Shown: positions 47,224-57,516, numbered from the stretch's first letter. The stretch is DNA of 64,000 nt from an uncultured Pseudomonadota bacterium (GCA_963711305.1 CAVQDT010000001.1:514432-578431); one strand, 5' to 3'. The notes: generated by a model from the sequence alone, not told the origin. Numbers and translations: made by a program.

Positions 47224-47937
47224 TCAGCGCTTCTGGAAGACGAAGGCGTGGTTTTGAATGTTTCGCAGCTCGCCCCACTGGCCGCAGTTCTTGTAGAGCT
47301 GCAGGGTGAATCCCAGGTGGTCGAGACAGTCGATCAAATCGTGATCGACGATGCCCCACTGCCAGATGTTGTGCACGTCGCGCCAGATGCGTCCGTGCTC
47401 GGTGTTCATCTCGTACATCTTTTCGAACAGGAAGGAATACGGCGGCACGGTTCGATCGTGGGGTACGTTGGCGAAGTACTGGTCGCGCGGCAGATCGAGC
47501 AGACGGACCGTCCTTCGGCCCCCCACCCACTGCTGGTTGTAAATCACGAAGAGGCGAGTCCGCGGCGCGTACATCGCCAGCACCTGGTCCCAGTCGGGCT
47601 TCACCTGGTGTAGCAGCACGTCGAACAAGAAGATCGCGTCGACATGACCGACCCGCTCTGCCGTCACTGGATCACCGAAGTTGCCCTTGACCAGCGTCAG
47701 CGAGGGAAAGGACGGCGCCACCTCAATCACCTTGTCCGTGAAGTTGGTGTCGACCAGCACCGCGCGGGTGGCACCGTAACGCTGCAGGGTGTAGCGCGTG
47801 TACGCGCCGTCGACGCCCCACACGCCGCCCAGATCCGCGAACGCCATCGGCCGTGGCGCCAGGCGCTCATAGGCGAAGTCGATCAGGTCCTTCTTGTCCT
47901 GGTTGAAGTTCGGCGGCAGGTCCAGCGTTGCAGTCAT
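47224..47937 (-). CDS. putative SAM-dependent methyltransferase-like protein
   Basis: 237 aa. DLGGVWGVDGAY (a degenerate GxGxG-type loop) and ...DAIFLFDVLLH. Visibly more A/T-rich than its neighbours. Confidence 0.5.
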   Translation of the reverse strand: MTATLDLPPNFNQDKKDLIDFAYERLAPRPMAFADLGGVWGVDGAYTRYTLQRYGATRAVLVDTNFTDKVIEVAPSFPSLTLVKGNFGDPVTAERVGHVDAIFLFDVLLHQVKPDWDQVLAMYAPRTRLFVIYNQQWVGGRRTVRLLDLPRDQYFANVPHDRTVPPYSFLFEKMYEMNTEHGRIWRDVHNIWQWGIVDHDLIDCLDHLGFTLQLYKNCGQWGELRNIQNHAFVFQKR

Positions 47938-48012
47938 CGCGCTCTCCTTGGGTGGAGCGGGTCCGCCTTCACTGTCTCAGATAACGCGGACTACGTCCAG
48001 GCGCGCGAATCT

Positions 48013-50130
48013 TCAGCCAGCCAGGTAAACCTCGACGCCCGCCAGCCGCAACGCCAGCGGCTCGTCGGTCGGCGCGGGGACGACGTCGACGGCGCCGCTC
48101 CAGCGCAGGTCGAGGCGCGTGGTGCTGGGACGGCTGGGAATCGACGCCTCCAGTGCCAGCGTCGCGCCGAGACCGGTGAGCTCGCCGGTGGCCGCCACCG
48201 CGCCGTCGCACGAGAGCACGACGCGGATCGGCCGCTCGCGCGTGGGCGCGGCATTGCGACAGACGATCCGAAGCGTCACGGTCAGCGGCGGTAGCGACGG
48301 CACCAACTCGAACCAGGCATGTGGGTCCAGATGCAACGCCCCATGGCGCTCGACGACGCCCGAGATGGGACGCACCAGCGCGAGCTTGCTCTGGACCCCC
48401 TGAAACAACGCCTTGGCGCCTTCGTGGTTGCCGATGGCCCAGGCCATCTCGGCCGTCCTCACATAGGCGCCGGCTGGCCCGGGATGGCGCCGCACCGCCT
48501 CGACCAGGACATCGATTCCGGCCTGCGCCTGACCGACCGCTGCCAGGCAACGCGCGCGCAGCGTGCTCAAGCGAAGGTCGTCCGGCTCGGCAGCCAGCGC
48601 GCGGTCGCAGCTCACCATGGCGGTCGCGCCGTCCCCTTCGCCCAGCGCGCGGCGGGTGGTTGCGACGTGTGCGCGCGTCTCGGGAGTCCACCAGGGTGAG
48701 TCGCCGAGCGGTGTCGCATCCAGCGGGGCCGGGGTCGAGGGGTCGTACAGGCCAAGATAGCGGGTCCCGTTGACCGCGCGATGCCAGGCCGCACGGCAAA
48801 GCTCGTGGATCGTCGGATCCTTCGACGTCTGGTCGGGGTGCAGGCGGAACCGACTCAACGACTCGGTCAGATAGATCCCATCGCCCTGCGCAAGGAGGCT
48901 GATCCACACGGTGACGTCGGCGTTGCCCATGAAGTTGATTCCGCCCAGGGTCCAGAAGTCCGGCGCGATCTCCTGAATGTCGGCGCGGCGAAACATCGCG
49001 GTCGACGGCTCGCCGACGTAGTTCTGTTGTTTGCGCAACATCTCGTCGATGAGCCACGCACCGCTCACGCGGCTGTCCTCGGCGACCAATCGCCGGGTGG
49101 CTTCGATCTCGTTCACCAGCTTTCCCTGGTTGTCGATCAGCCGCCGGTGCGACGTCACCAGCGTGACATCGGGGTGATCGCGCAGGCAGGTCGCCATCTT
49201 CTCGACGCAGCGGGGCTCGAGCACATCGTCGTCGAACAGGAATTTGACGTAGGCGCCGCTGGACTTTGCCAGGCAACGGAGCGCGTTCTTGGCGGTGTTG
49301 CCCGACGGCGGACGCTCCTGGAAGTACTTGATGCTGGAAAAGCGGCGATGCCCGCGGAAACCGTCGATGATCGCGCGCGAAGCATCGTCGGGGCCGTCGT
49401 CGCACACGACGATCGTGAGCGGCTCCCAGGTCTGCTCGAGCGCGCTCTCCAGCGCGTGAGCGAAGTGATCCGGGCGGTAGAGCGGGATCAGGATATCGAC
49501 CGAAGGACGCGGGCCGTCCTCGCGCCGCGGGCGACGGAACTCGACGACGACCAGGTTCGCCTTCAGGCGCTCGATCTGGAACCGCGGATCTTCGGCCGCC
49601 GAGACGCGCCGCCCGTCGCGAAAACCAACCATGGTGGCCAGCCGTCGCAGCTCGGTCTCGTTGTAGAACCAGGTGCGCTGGCGAAAGGCGTGGTTCAAGA
49701 AATGGAAACGGCTGGCGCCCCAGTCGAATCCATCCGCGGGTAGACCGCTCTCATCCCAGCTCGCGCGCGACGTCACCCGATCGAGCACCGCATCGAGATC
49801 TGCGGTGGCGATTCGCAACACTCCGTCGGGCGCGAGCGCGCGATGGCAACGTTGCAGGAGTTGCACCGCCGCCGCGGGCGACAGCCGGTCGAGCACGCCG
49901 GCGAGATAGATCCTGGATAGCGATCGTCCCGGCGCCAGGGCCCCGCCCCCGAGCGCGCCAGCGGCCGCTGCCTCGTAAACCACAGGCGCATGCCCGGCCG
50001 CAATCGGCTCATCGCGCCCCGTCACCACATGAATCGACGCTTCGATTTGGCCTGAAATCGTAACATGACCAAGGGGCACATGGGCGAAACGTGTCGCGGG
50101 CGCGGAGGTAACCGTGATAAATTCCCACAC
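48013..50130 (-). CDS. multidomain protein: methyltransferase-like N-terminus + GT2 glycosyltransferase + TPR region
   Basis: 705 aa. LAPDGVLRIATADLD (methyltransferase tail), VDILIPLYRPDHFAHALESALEQTW...VVCDDG...FDDDD (GT2), and TPR-like helices near residues 480-560. Confidence 0.75.
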   Translation of the reverse strand: MWEFITVTSAPATRFAHVPLGHVTISGQIEASIHVVTGRDEPIAAGHAPVVYEAAAAGALGGGALAPGRSLSRIYLAGVLDRLSPAAAVQLLQRCHRALAPDGVLRIATADLDAVLDRVTSRASWDESGLPADGFDWGASRFHFLNHAFRQRTWFYNETELRRLATMVGFRDGRRVSAAEDPRFQIERLKANLVVVEFRRPRREDGPRPSVDILIPLYRPDHFAHALESALEQTWEPLTIVVCDDGPDDASRAIIDGFRGHRRFSSIKYFQERPPSGNTAKNALRCLAKSSGAYVKFLFDDDVLEPRCVEKMATCLRDHPDVTLVTSHRRLIDNQGKLVNEIEATRRLVAEDSRVSGAWLIDEMLRKQQNYVGEPSTAMFRRADIQEIAPDFWTLGGINFMGNADVTVWISLLAQGDGIYLTESLSRFRLHPDQTSKDPTIHELCRAAWHRAVNGTRYLGLYDPSTPAPLDATPLGDSPWWTPETRAHVATTRRALGEGDGATAMVSCDRALAAEPDDLRLSTLRARCLAAVGQAQAGIDVLVEAVRRHPGPAGAYVRTAEMAWAIGNHEGAKALFQGVQSKLALVRPISGVVERHGALHLDPHAWFELVPSLPPLTVTLRIVCRNAAPTRERPIRVVLSCDGAVAATGELTGLGATLALEASIPSRPSTTRLDLRWSGAVDVVPAPTDEPLALRLAGVEVYLAG

Positions 50131-50134
50131 GGCG

Positions 50135-50932
50135 ATGATCCGTCTGACCGCCGATCTCTACCCGAGCGTCGCGGCCCTCTACGACGATAGCGGGCTCTGT
50201 TTTCCGCTGATCCGCGCGGTCATCGACCGCGTTCAACGTGGCGGGATCTGGGCCGACGATCCCACGCGACCTGAAGCGGCGCTCGTGGTGACCGCGTTTG
50301 GCTTCACCTTCCTCATGGGCGCCGAGGGCCGGGCCGGCGACGAGAGACTGCGAGAAATGCTGGTCACGCCCTCCGATCAGCTACCGGGCTACCTGCTCTG
50401 GTACGCGCCGCCGCCGGGCTGGCGCGCGTGGCTGGACACGCGGCCCGAAGGCAGCCTCCGGGCGCGCGAACGCGTGCGGCTGCACTGGGACGGCCCCGAG
50501 CCGAGCCCGGCCGAGACCGGCGCCGACGGCCTGCGCCTCGCGGCACTCGACGCCGCCCTGATCCCGGAGGTCGACAAGCTGGGCTTGCGGCTGGGGTCGC
50601 GCTTCTGGTCCTCTGCGGAGGATTTCCTGGCCCATGGTTTCGGCGCGTGTCTGGTCGGTGACGACGGCGCCGTGGTCAGCGTTTGCTACGCGTCGTGCGT
50701 GGCCGACAATCTGGCCGAGATCGACATCGCGACCCGCGACGATCGCCGCGGGCGCGGTTACGCCGGGATCGTCGCGCGGGAATTCGTTCGCCAATGCTGG
50801 CGGCGGCGGATGCGGCCGACGTGGGACTGCTTCACCGCCAATCAGGCCTCGCTGCGACTGGCGGTGAGCCTGGGCTTCGTCGAAGCCAGTCGCTATCCGC
50901 TCTATTCATTCCAGAGGCCCCTGCCGAGCTGA
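50135..50932 (+). CDS. GNAT-type acetyltransferase (GNAT_acetyltran-like)
   Basis: C-terminal EIDIATRDDRRGRGYAGIVAREFV... The ORF track start GTG 50114 would overlap the divergent gene, so ATG 50135 is preferred. Confidence 0.6.
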   Translation: MIRLTADLYPSVAALYDDSGLCFPLIRAVIDRVQRGGIWADDPTRPEAALVVTAFGFTFLMGAEGRAGDERLREMLVTPSDQLPGYLLWYAPPPGWRAWLDTRPEGSLRARERVRLHWDGPEPSPAETGADGLRLAALDAALIPEVDKLGLRLGSRFWSSAEDFLAHGFGACLVGDDGAVVSVCYASCVADNLAEIDIATRDDRRGRGYAGIVAREFVRQCWRRRMRPTWDCFTANQASLRLAVSLGFVEASRYPLYSFQRPLPS

Positions 50933-50968
50933 GGCCGCCGACATCTCTCGCGGAATCGAGATCCAACC

Positions 50969-52033
50969 ATGAACCTCAACCGAAACATCTATGTCTGTCC
51001 GCGCACCAAACAATCGCTGGCGGTGCACCCCGAGCAGGTCGCCGGCGAAGAGGTCGTCACCGGCACGCTGTCGGGTGAGGGGACGCCGGTGTACCCGATC
51101 CGCGACGGCGTTCCGGACTTCGTGCTCCGCGATGGGCTGCGCGCCGATCAGTCGGAGACGCTCTCTTACTACGAGAACGCGGCCACGGTTTACGACGACG
51201 TTGCGCATCTCTCGTTCACGATCCAGAAGGTCGACGAGGAGAGCAAGCGGCGATCGTTCATCGATCTCTTGCGGCTCGAGCCCCAGCACCGCGTGCTGGA
51301 GCTGGCGTGCGGCACCGGCCGCGACTCGGTCAACATCGCGCGCGCGCTCGGACCGACCGGTCGCTACTATCTCCAGGACTTGAGCCGCTCGATGATCGAG
51401 CGCTGCGGACAGAAGCTGCGTGACGCCGCGGTGCCGGTCGAGCTGTCGACTGGCGACGCCTGCCGGCTGGCGTTTCCCGATCGCTGGTTCGACGCCGTCT
51501 TCAGCTTCGGCGGCCTCGGTGTCTTCGGCGACATCGCCACCGCCCTGCGCGAGATCGTGCGCGTCTCGCGCGTGGGTGCGCGCGTCGTGGTGGGGGACGA
51601 GAGCATGGCGCCGTGGCTGTACCAGACGGAATACGGCCGCATTCTGCTCAACAACAATCCCCTCTTCAAAGCCGAGCTTCCGCTGGCGCAATTGCCGCCG
51701 GAGGCGCGTGACGTCCGCGTTCAATGGGTCGTCGGCGGCGTCTACTACCTCATCGACTTCGTGGTCGGCGAGGGCGAGCCCGAGGCCAACTTCGATCTCG
51801 AGATCCCGGGCGCGCGCGGCGGAACGCTGCGCACCCGCTACTACGGGCGGATGGAGGGGGTGACTCCGCAGACGCTCGAGCTGGCGCGGCGCGCAGGCGC
51901 GAAGGCGGGCAGGAGCATGCACGCGTGGCTCGACGCCGCGGTCCGCAGCGCGGCGCTGAACGAGCTCGAGGCCCCCGAAGGCAAGGGGCCCGAAGACAAG
52001 TCGAGCGAAAAGCCACCCGGAGGCAAGCGGTGA
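50969..52033 (+). CDS. class I SAM-dependent methyltransferase with N-terminal Trm112-like segment
   Basis: YVCPRTKQSL...YPIRDGVPDFV followed by VLELACGTGRD. Confidence 0.85.
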   Translation: MNLNRNIYVCPRTKQSLAVHPEQVAGEEVVTGTLSGEGTPVYPIRDGVPDFVLRDGLRADQSETLSYYENAATVYDDVAHLSFTIQKVDEESKRRSFIDLLRLEPQHRVLELACGTGRDSVNIARALGPTGRYYLQDLSRSMIERCGQKLRDAAVPVELSTGDACRLAFPDRWFDAVFSFGGLGVFGDIATALREIVRVSRVGARVVVGDESMAPWLYQTEYGRILLNNNPLFKAELPLAQLPPEARDVRVQWVVGGVYYLIDFVVGEGEPEANFDLEIPGARGGTLRTRYYGRMEGVTPQTLELARRAGAKAGRSMHAWLDAAVRSAALNELEAPEGKGPEDKSSEKPPGGKR

Positions 52034-52986
52034 GCGACGGCCAGACGTTTCGCTGGCGCAAGGCGGGACGGATCTTCTCACCAGACGGCCGCTATCCCTG
52101 GATGCACTCGCACGCGCAGAACCCGAGCGTGCTGGTGCTGCCCGATCGAGTGCGCGTCTACTTCAATTGCCGCGCGGCCAAGGGCCCGGACGGCAACACC
52201 AGCGCCAACGCGACATTCGTCGAGGTCGATCGCGCCGACCCGGGCAAGGTGATCGCGGTGCACGACCGCCCGGTGCTTCCGCTGGGCGAGCTCGGCACGT
52301 TCGATCAATTCGGCGTGATGATCGGCAACGTCGTCGCGGTCGGCTCGGAGGTCTGGGCCTACTACGTCGGTTGGAGCCGTTGCCAGGGCGTGCCCTACAA
52401 CCACGCCATCGGCCTCGGCATCAGCCGCGACGGGGGAGTGACGTTCTCCCGATTTGCACAGGGGCCAATCATCAGCCGCTCGCCGGCGGAACCGTTCATT
52501 CAGAACAGCCCGTTCGTGTCGGTCATCGATGGCCAGTTTCACATGTGGTACAGCTCGGGCACGCGCTGGATCGATCGCGGCGCGGGAACCGAATCGGTCT
52601 ACGTGTTGATGCACGCCACCTCGCGCGACGGCGTGCGCTGGGATCGCGAGGGCACGCCCTGCGTCCCCTACCGTGTCGACGACGAATGCCAGACCAATCC
52701 CAGCGTGCTGCGCGTCGGCTCGCGGTTTCACATGTGGTTCTGTTACCGGCACGGTCTGGATTTTCGCAACCCGGCGCGCGGGTACCGGATCGGACACGCG
52801 TGGTCGGACGATCTGCGGTCCTGGGTTCGCGACGACGAAGCCGGCGAGCTTTCGCCGTCGGTGGAGGGCTGGGACTCGGAGATGGTCTGCTATCCGTGCG
52901 TGTTCGAGCTCGACGGCCGCACGCTCATGCTCTACAGCGGCAACTATTTCGGCCGCGACGGCTTCGGCTACGCCGTGCTCGACTGA
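52030..52986 (+). CDS. beta-propeller glycosidase-like protein (GH32/43/130-like fold, putative)
   Basis: GTGA overlap with the upstream stop. Repeated W..Y..G/W-rich blades (VWAYYVGWS, FHMWYSSG, FHMWFCY, LMLYSGN). Confidence 0.55.
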   Translation: MSDGQTFRWRKAGRIFSPDGRYPWMHSHAQNPSVLVLPDRVRVYFNCRAAKGPDGNTSANATFVEVDRADPGKVIAVHDRPVLPLGELGTFDQFGVMIGNVVAVGSEVWAYYVGWSRCQGVPYNHAIGLGISRDGGVTFSRFAQGPIISRSPAEPFIQNSPFVSVIDGQFHMWYSSGTRWIDRGAGTESVYVLMHATSRDGVRWDREGTPCVPYRVDDECQTNPSVLRVGSRFHMWFCYRHGLDFRNPARGYRIGHAWSDDLRSWVRDDEAGELSPSVEGWDSEMVCYPCVFELDGRTLMLYSGNYFGRDGFGYAVLD

Positions 52987-54119
52987 GGCGGGATCCATCC
53001 CTCGAGCAGGTGATTGCCCGAGGGCGGGCGCGCGGACCACTTCATGAACAGCGCCTTGCCGCACACGAACGCCTGGGACAGCGAGCCGGCGTAGCGCTCG
53101 ATCATCGCGTCGCCGACCGCGTGCGGACCGCCACCGTGCGCCCAGACGTAGTCGTCCAGGATCAACCAGCCGCCGGCCTTGATCCGCGGCACCCAGAGCT
53201 TGCAGTCGGTGAGCACGGCATCCAGGTCGTGGTTGCCGTCGATGTGCAGCATCGAGATCTCGCCCGTGTAGGCGACGCGGCCGAATTGCGGGGTCTCGAC
53301 GCTGGCACCGGCGCCGTAGCGCTCGCTGGCCGCAATCGACGTCGCCCGGATGTAGTTCGCCGTTGCCGGCGGCAACAAGCTCAGGTTCGAAAGGAAGAGA
53401 TCGAAGACGTCATCCAGGTTCCAGGCGTCGGGCAGCTCCTGGATCAGCGCCGGCGAGTCGTACTGGATCGCCGACGCCGGCGACCAGGGATCGACGGCGA
53501 GCACCGGACCGACCTGGAACAGATTCGCCAGGTAGCCGAGCGCGACCGCCGACCGCCCGGCCAGCGCGCCGATCTCGACGACGTCGCCGGGCACCGTGCT
53601 CGCCATCGCAGCGAACATCGCCGACAGCTTGTCCTGGTTGGTCTCGCCGTAGATCTGGCGCGTGAGCATCAGCAGCGCGTGCAGGCGTCCGAGGTGCTCT
53701 GGCTTGACCGCTTCGCTGACCGCGCGTGCGTGCGCGAATAGCCGCCGCGCGCGCGACGCCAGCGCTCGATGGGCCGCGATCGCCTTCTCCTGCGGCGAAC
53801 CGCCCACGATTGTCAGCGGCAGGCGTTTGCGCTCGATGAGCTTCTTCACGTGGGCGAACACGCTGGCCACCGGGCTATTGATCCGCGAAACGTGAAAGCG
53901 TTCGACCAGCTCCAGGAACTGCGCCTCGAAGTCAGCCTCGTGGATCGAAGGCAGTCGGTGAACGGTCACGCCGTCCAGTTGCTGGGGCACCGAGCTGGCC
54001 AGCACCAGGCTCACGCCCGGACCAGCCAGCATCTCCAACGTGCTGAGATCCAGCTCGGGCGTGACCGGAAAGACCAGCAAACCGGAGGCCTGATCGTCGC
54101 CTGCTTTGATCGCGGTCAT
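52968..54119 (-). CDS. class I SAM-dependent methyltransferase (Methyltransf_24-like C-terminal domain)
   Basis: VVEIGALAGRSAVAL...LHIDGNHD...GGWLILDDY. Confidence 0.7.
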   Translation of the reverse strand: MTAIKAGDDQASGLLVFPVTPELDLSTLEMLAGPGVSLVLASSVPQQLDGVTVHRLPSIHEADFEAQFLELVERFHVSRINSPVASVFAHVKKLIERKRLPLTIVGGSPQEKAIAAHRALASRARRLFAHARAVSEAVKPEHLGRLHALLMLTRQIYGETNQDKLSAMFAAMASTVPGDVVEIGALAGRSAVALGYLANLFQVGPVLAVDPWSPASAIQYDSPALIQELPDAWNLDDVFDLFLSNLSLLPPATANYIRATSIAASERYGAGASVETPQFGRVAYTGEISMLHIDGNHDLDAVLTDCKLWVPRIKAGGWLILDDYVWAHGGGPHAVGDAMIERYAGSLSQAFVCGKALFMKWSARPPSGNHLLEGWIPPQSSTA

Positions 54120-54223
54120 GGGCGCGCCTCCGCGCCAGACTTGATACGCCCCATGCGTTCATAGTACCGTTGCGTCGTGCAACAGTACAACCAGGAAGGC
54201 ACGGCCGGGCCTGGTACGACCAC

Positions 54224-54898
54224 ATGAACAAGCTGGTGTTGTTCGGTACCGGCAAGATCTCCGATGTGCTCGCCGACTACTTCGAGCGCGACAGCGAGTA
54301 CGAGATCGTCGCGTATACCTGCGAGGCCGCGCACGTCACCGGCAAGGAGCACCGAGGTCGCCCTTTGATTGCGTTCGACGAGATCGAGCGGCACTTCGCA
54401 CCGGCGTCGCACGCCATGCACATCGCCGTCGGCTACCACCAGATGAACCGTGTGCGCGAGCGTTTGCTGAACGCCGCCCGCGCCAAGGGCTACAAGCTGC
54501 CGAGCTTCATCAGCACGCGCTCGTGGCCGGGGCCCAGCCTGGCCTGTGGCGACAACTGTTTCGTCGCCGACGGCGCTTCGGTCGAGCCGCAGGCGCGCGT
54601 CGGTGAAAACGTCGCGCTGTGGAGCAACGTCCTGGTGGGCCACCACGCGGAGATCGCGAACCACGCCTGGCTCGCGGGTGGCGCCTCGATCGGCGGCGCA
54701 TCTAAGATCGGCGAGCGCTGCTTTCTCGGGATGAACGCCACCGTCGGACACGAGGTGACGGTCGGCGCGGATTGCCTGCTCGGGGCGCGCTCGCTGGTGA
54801 CCAAACCGCTGCCGGCGGGGTCGGTGGTCATCGATCGCGACAGCGAGGTCATTCGCCTCAATAGTGAGCAGTTCCTGCGCCTGACCAAGATGAAGTGA
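54224..54898 (+). CDS. NeuD/PglB-type sugar O/N-acyltransferase (left-handed beta-helix)
   Basis: MNKLVLFGTGKISDV... Rossmann-like N-terminus plus hexapeptide repeats (GENVALWSNVLVGHHAEIANHAWLAGGASIGG). Confidence 0.8.
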   Translation: MNKLVLFGTGKISDVLADYFERDSEYEIVAYTCEAAHVTGKEHRGRPLIAFDEIERHFAPASHAMHIAVGYHQMNRVRERLLNAARAKGYKLPSFISTRSWPGPSLACGDNCFVADGASVEPQARVGENVALWSNVLVGHHAEIANHAWLAGGASIGGASKIGERCFLGMNATVGHEVTVGADCLLGARSLVTKPLPAGSVVIDRDSEVIRLNSEQFLRLTKMK

Positions 54899-56487
54899 TC
54901 TCGAGCCGTCCAATGCGCGGCTATTCGTACAACCTCGGCCTCGCGTTCGAGGCGGTCGTCGCCGCCCACGCCGATCGGCCTGCGCTGCGCCTGGCCGATG
55001 ATTCGGTGGTCAGCTACCGCACGCTGGATCGCCTGACCAACCGCATCGGGCGACAGCTGCGCGCGCACGGTGTGATGAGACGCGACGTCGTGGCGCTGTT
55101 CAACGCCAAGACACCGGCTGGTTACGCGACGATGCTGGCCGCTTTGAAGATCGGCGCCGCGTACGTCAACCTCGACGAGGAAAACCCACCCGGCCGCCTG
55201 GAAAAAATTCTGACGTCGTGCCGCCCGCGGTTGATCGCCGCCGATGCGCCGCTCGCGCCGCCGATGGCCGAGCTCTGCCGGGGATTGGCGCTGCCGGTTC
55301 TAGACGTACGGGGTGGCAGCGCGACGGACGACGGCGGCTCCGACGCTCCTTTGCCCGACGTGGCGGCAGTCACCGGTGGCGATCCCGCCTACCTGATGTT
55401 CACGTCCGGCTCGACTGGAACGCCCAAAGGGGTGGTGATCTCCCACGCCAGCGTCCTCAATTTCATCGACTGGAGCATCGCCGAGTTCCGCATCGGGCCG
55501 GGCGACGTGCTGACCAACGCCAACGCGATCTACTTCGACAACTCGGTCTACGACGTCTATTCGTCACTGTTCTCGGGGGCGACGCTGGCTCCGATCGCGC
55601 GCGAGATCGCGCAACGACCGGACACACTCGCCGCGCGCGTGGCCGCCGCCGGATGCACCATCTGGTTCTCGGTTCCGTCGCTGCTGATCTATCTCACGGC
55701 CATGAAGCAGCTCGGGCCGCAGTCCTGGCCCACGATGCGCTGCCTGGTGTTCGGAGGAGAGGGCTACCCGCGCAGCGAGCTTCGCAAGCTCTACGGATTT
55801 TTCGGCCAGCGCGCGCGTCTGGTCAACGTTTACGGCCCCACCGAGTGCACGTGCATCTGCTCGGCGTACACGATCACCGAATCCGATCTGGCGGAGCCTT
55901 CGGGCTTGCCGCCGCTGGGACACCTCGCGCCGAACTTCGACCATCTGGTGCTGGGCGAGGATGACCGGCCCGTGGCCGTGGGCGAGACCGGCGAGCTCTG
56001 CCTGATGGGCCCGCAAGTGGGGCTCGGCTACATCAACGACCCGGCGCGCACCGAGGCGGCCTTCGTACAGAACCCGACAAACAAGGCTTTTCCCGAACGA
56101 ATGTATCGCACCGGCGACAACGTTCGCACCGACGAGAGCGGGCGCCTCTGGTTCGTCGGCCGGCGCGACAACCAGATCAAGCACATGGGTTACCGGATCG
56201 AGCTCGACGAGATCGAGGCGGCTTTGAACGCGCTGCCCTACGTGACCCAGGGCGCGGTGATCTACCACCGCGTGCGCGAGCAGCACGGCCGCATCCTGGC
56301 TTTCATCGCTGCGCCCGACGCGCTCGGCGCGCCCGGCGCGCCCACGGAGCAGGCGATCCGCGACGACCTGCGCCGCCAGCTGCCCGACTACATGATCCCC
56401 GCCAGCGTCGTCGTGCTTGCCGAGCTGCCCAAGAACGCCAACGGCAAGGTCGACCGTCGCGCGTTGCTGGCGCGAGTCGCGACGTGA
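54895..56487 (+). CDS. stand-alone adenylation enzyme (DltA / amino-acid adenylation-domain type)
   Basis: 530 aa. Core motifs LMFTSGSTGTPKGV, YGPTE, YRTGD and GRRDNQIKHMGYRIEL, with a C-terminal NGKVDR. Confidence 0.85.
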   Translation: MISSRPMRGYSYNLGLAFEAVVAAHADRPALRLADDSVVSYRTLDRLTNRIGRQLRAHGVMRRDVVALFNAKTPAGYATMLAALKIGAAYVNLDEENPPGRLEKILTSCRPRLIAADAPLAPPMAELCRGLALPVLDVRGGSATDDGGSDAPLPDVAAVTGGDPAYLMFTSGSTGTPKGVVISHASVLNFIDWSIAEFRIGPGDVLTNANAIYFDNSVYDVYSSLFSGATLAPIAREIAQRPDTLAARVAAAGCTIWFSVPSLLIYLTAMKQLGPQSWPTMRCLVFGGEGYPRSELRKLYGFFGQRARLVNVYGPTECTCICSAYTITESDLAEPSGLPPLGHLAPNFDHLVLGEDDRPVAVGETGELCLMGPQVGLGYINDPARTEAAFVQNPTNKAFPERMYRTGDNVRTDESGRLWFVGRRDNQIKHMGYRIELDEIEAALNALPYVTQGAVIYHRVREQHGRILAFIAAPDALGAPGAPTEQAIRDDLRRQLPDYMIPASVVVLAELPKNANGKVDRRALLARVAT

Positions 56488-56493
56488 TGGGGT

Positions 56494-56820
56494 GCCCGCA
56501 CCGGGACGGGTAACCAGGAACGGTGACGGCGGCGGACGTGAGGACGGCTTCGCTCTCTTCGTTGTGGGGCGCGAGAGGCGAAGCGGAGCGCCCCCGTGCC
56601 GCCGCTGGTTCACTTCACAAGGTCGAGTCCACGCTTCGCATCGGCAGATTCAGTCATCGAGAATCCACCTCTCGGCGGCGGCGTAAGGGCGCGTCCCCGC
56701 GGAGGCAATACCCCACCTCCGCCGGTCCCCCCACGCCTCTCGCGCCCCACAACGGAGAGATCGGAGCCTCCTCACGTCCGCCTACCGTCGCCGTTCCTGG
56801 TTACCCGTCCCGGTGCGGGC
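56494..56820. repeat. inverted-repeat (MITE/REP-like) element, copy B
   Basis: 87-nt arms at 56494-56580 / 56734-56820 are about 90% complementary. The left arm is nearly identical to copy A's left arm. The loop is 153 nt. Confidence 0.85.
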
Positions 56821-57506
56821 TAGGCCCTCTCGCACACCACGACGAAGAAGTTGACCTGCACGCCCCAGGCATCGTCGGACCAGCGCGAGATCGCGATCTT
56901 CTGGAATCGCGGCCCGAAGCTGGACTCGATGTCGCGCTCGTCGGCAAACGCCTTGAAGATGTAGCCGTTGCGCAGGCCGTAGAGGTCGTTGGCGATGACG
57001 ACGTGACCGTCGTCGAGGGGTTTACAATTCTCGAGGATGAAGTTGCCGGGCGCCGGCAACGAGGCGATGAACGTTGCGCCCGGCTTCATCACCCGGGCGA
57101 TCTCGGCCAGGTTGTCGCCGAACGACGAGCCCCGATCGACGTAGTAGCAGGAGTGGCACGCGAGCACGTAGTCGAAGTACTTGTCGACAAACGGGATGCT
57201 GGTGTTTGTCCCCCGCTTCAGGGTAGCGGCGATGTTCAGCCCCTGCAGCTTTTCCCGAGCGAGCGCCAGGATGTCGTCGGAGATCTCGACGCCGTGGATG
57301 TCGAAGCCGCAGTTGTCGAGGAGCGGCATGTTTCGGCAGTCCCCGAACCCGAGATCCAGCAAGCGCGCACCGGCGTACTTGCTCTTGTCCAGCTCCAGCC
57401 GCGGGTACTTACCCAGCAGGGTGCGGATGACCCACTCGGTCGGATAGACGTGGCGGGATTGCTTGGCGCGGTGAAAGTCCGAGTACGTCTTTTGAACGTT
57501 CTCCAT
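56820..57506 (-). CDS. class I SAM-dependent methyltransferase
   Basis: 228 aa. LLDLGFGDCRN and ...FDYVLACHSCYY. Confidence 0.8.
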   Translation of the reverse strand: MENVQKTYSDFHRAKQSRHVYPTEWVIRTLLGKYPRLELDKSKYAGARLLDLGFGDCRNMPLLDNCGFDIHGVEISDDILALAREKLQGLNIAATLKRGTNTSIPFVDKYFDYVLACHSCYYVDRGSSFGDNLAEIARVMKPGATFIASLPAPGNFILENCKPLDDGHVVIANDLYGLRNGYIFKAFADERDIESSFGPRFQKIAISRWSDDAWGVQVNFFVVVCERA

Positions 57507-57516
57507 TGCGGCGCGA

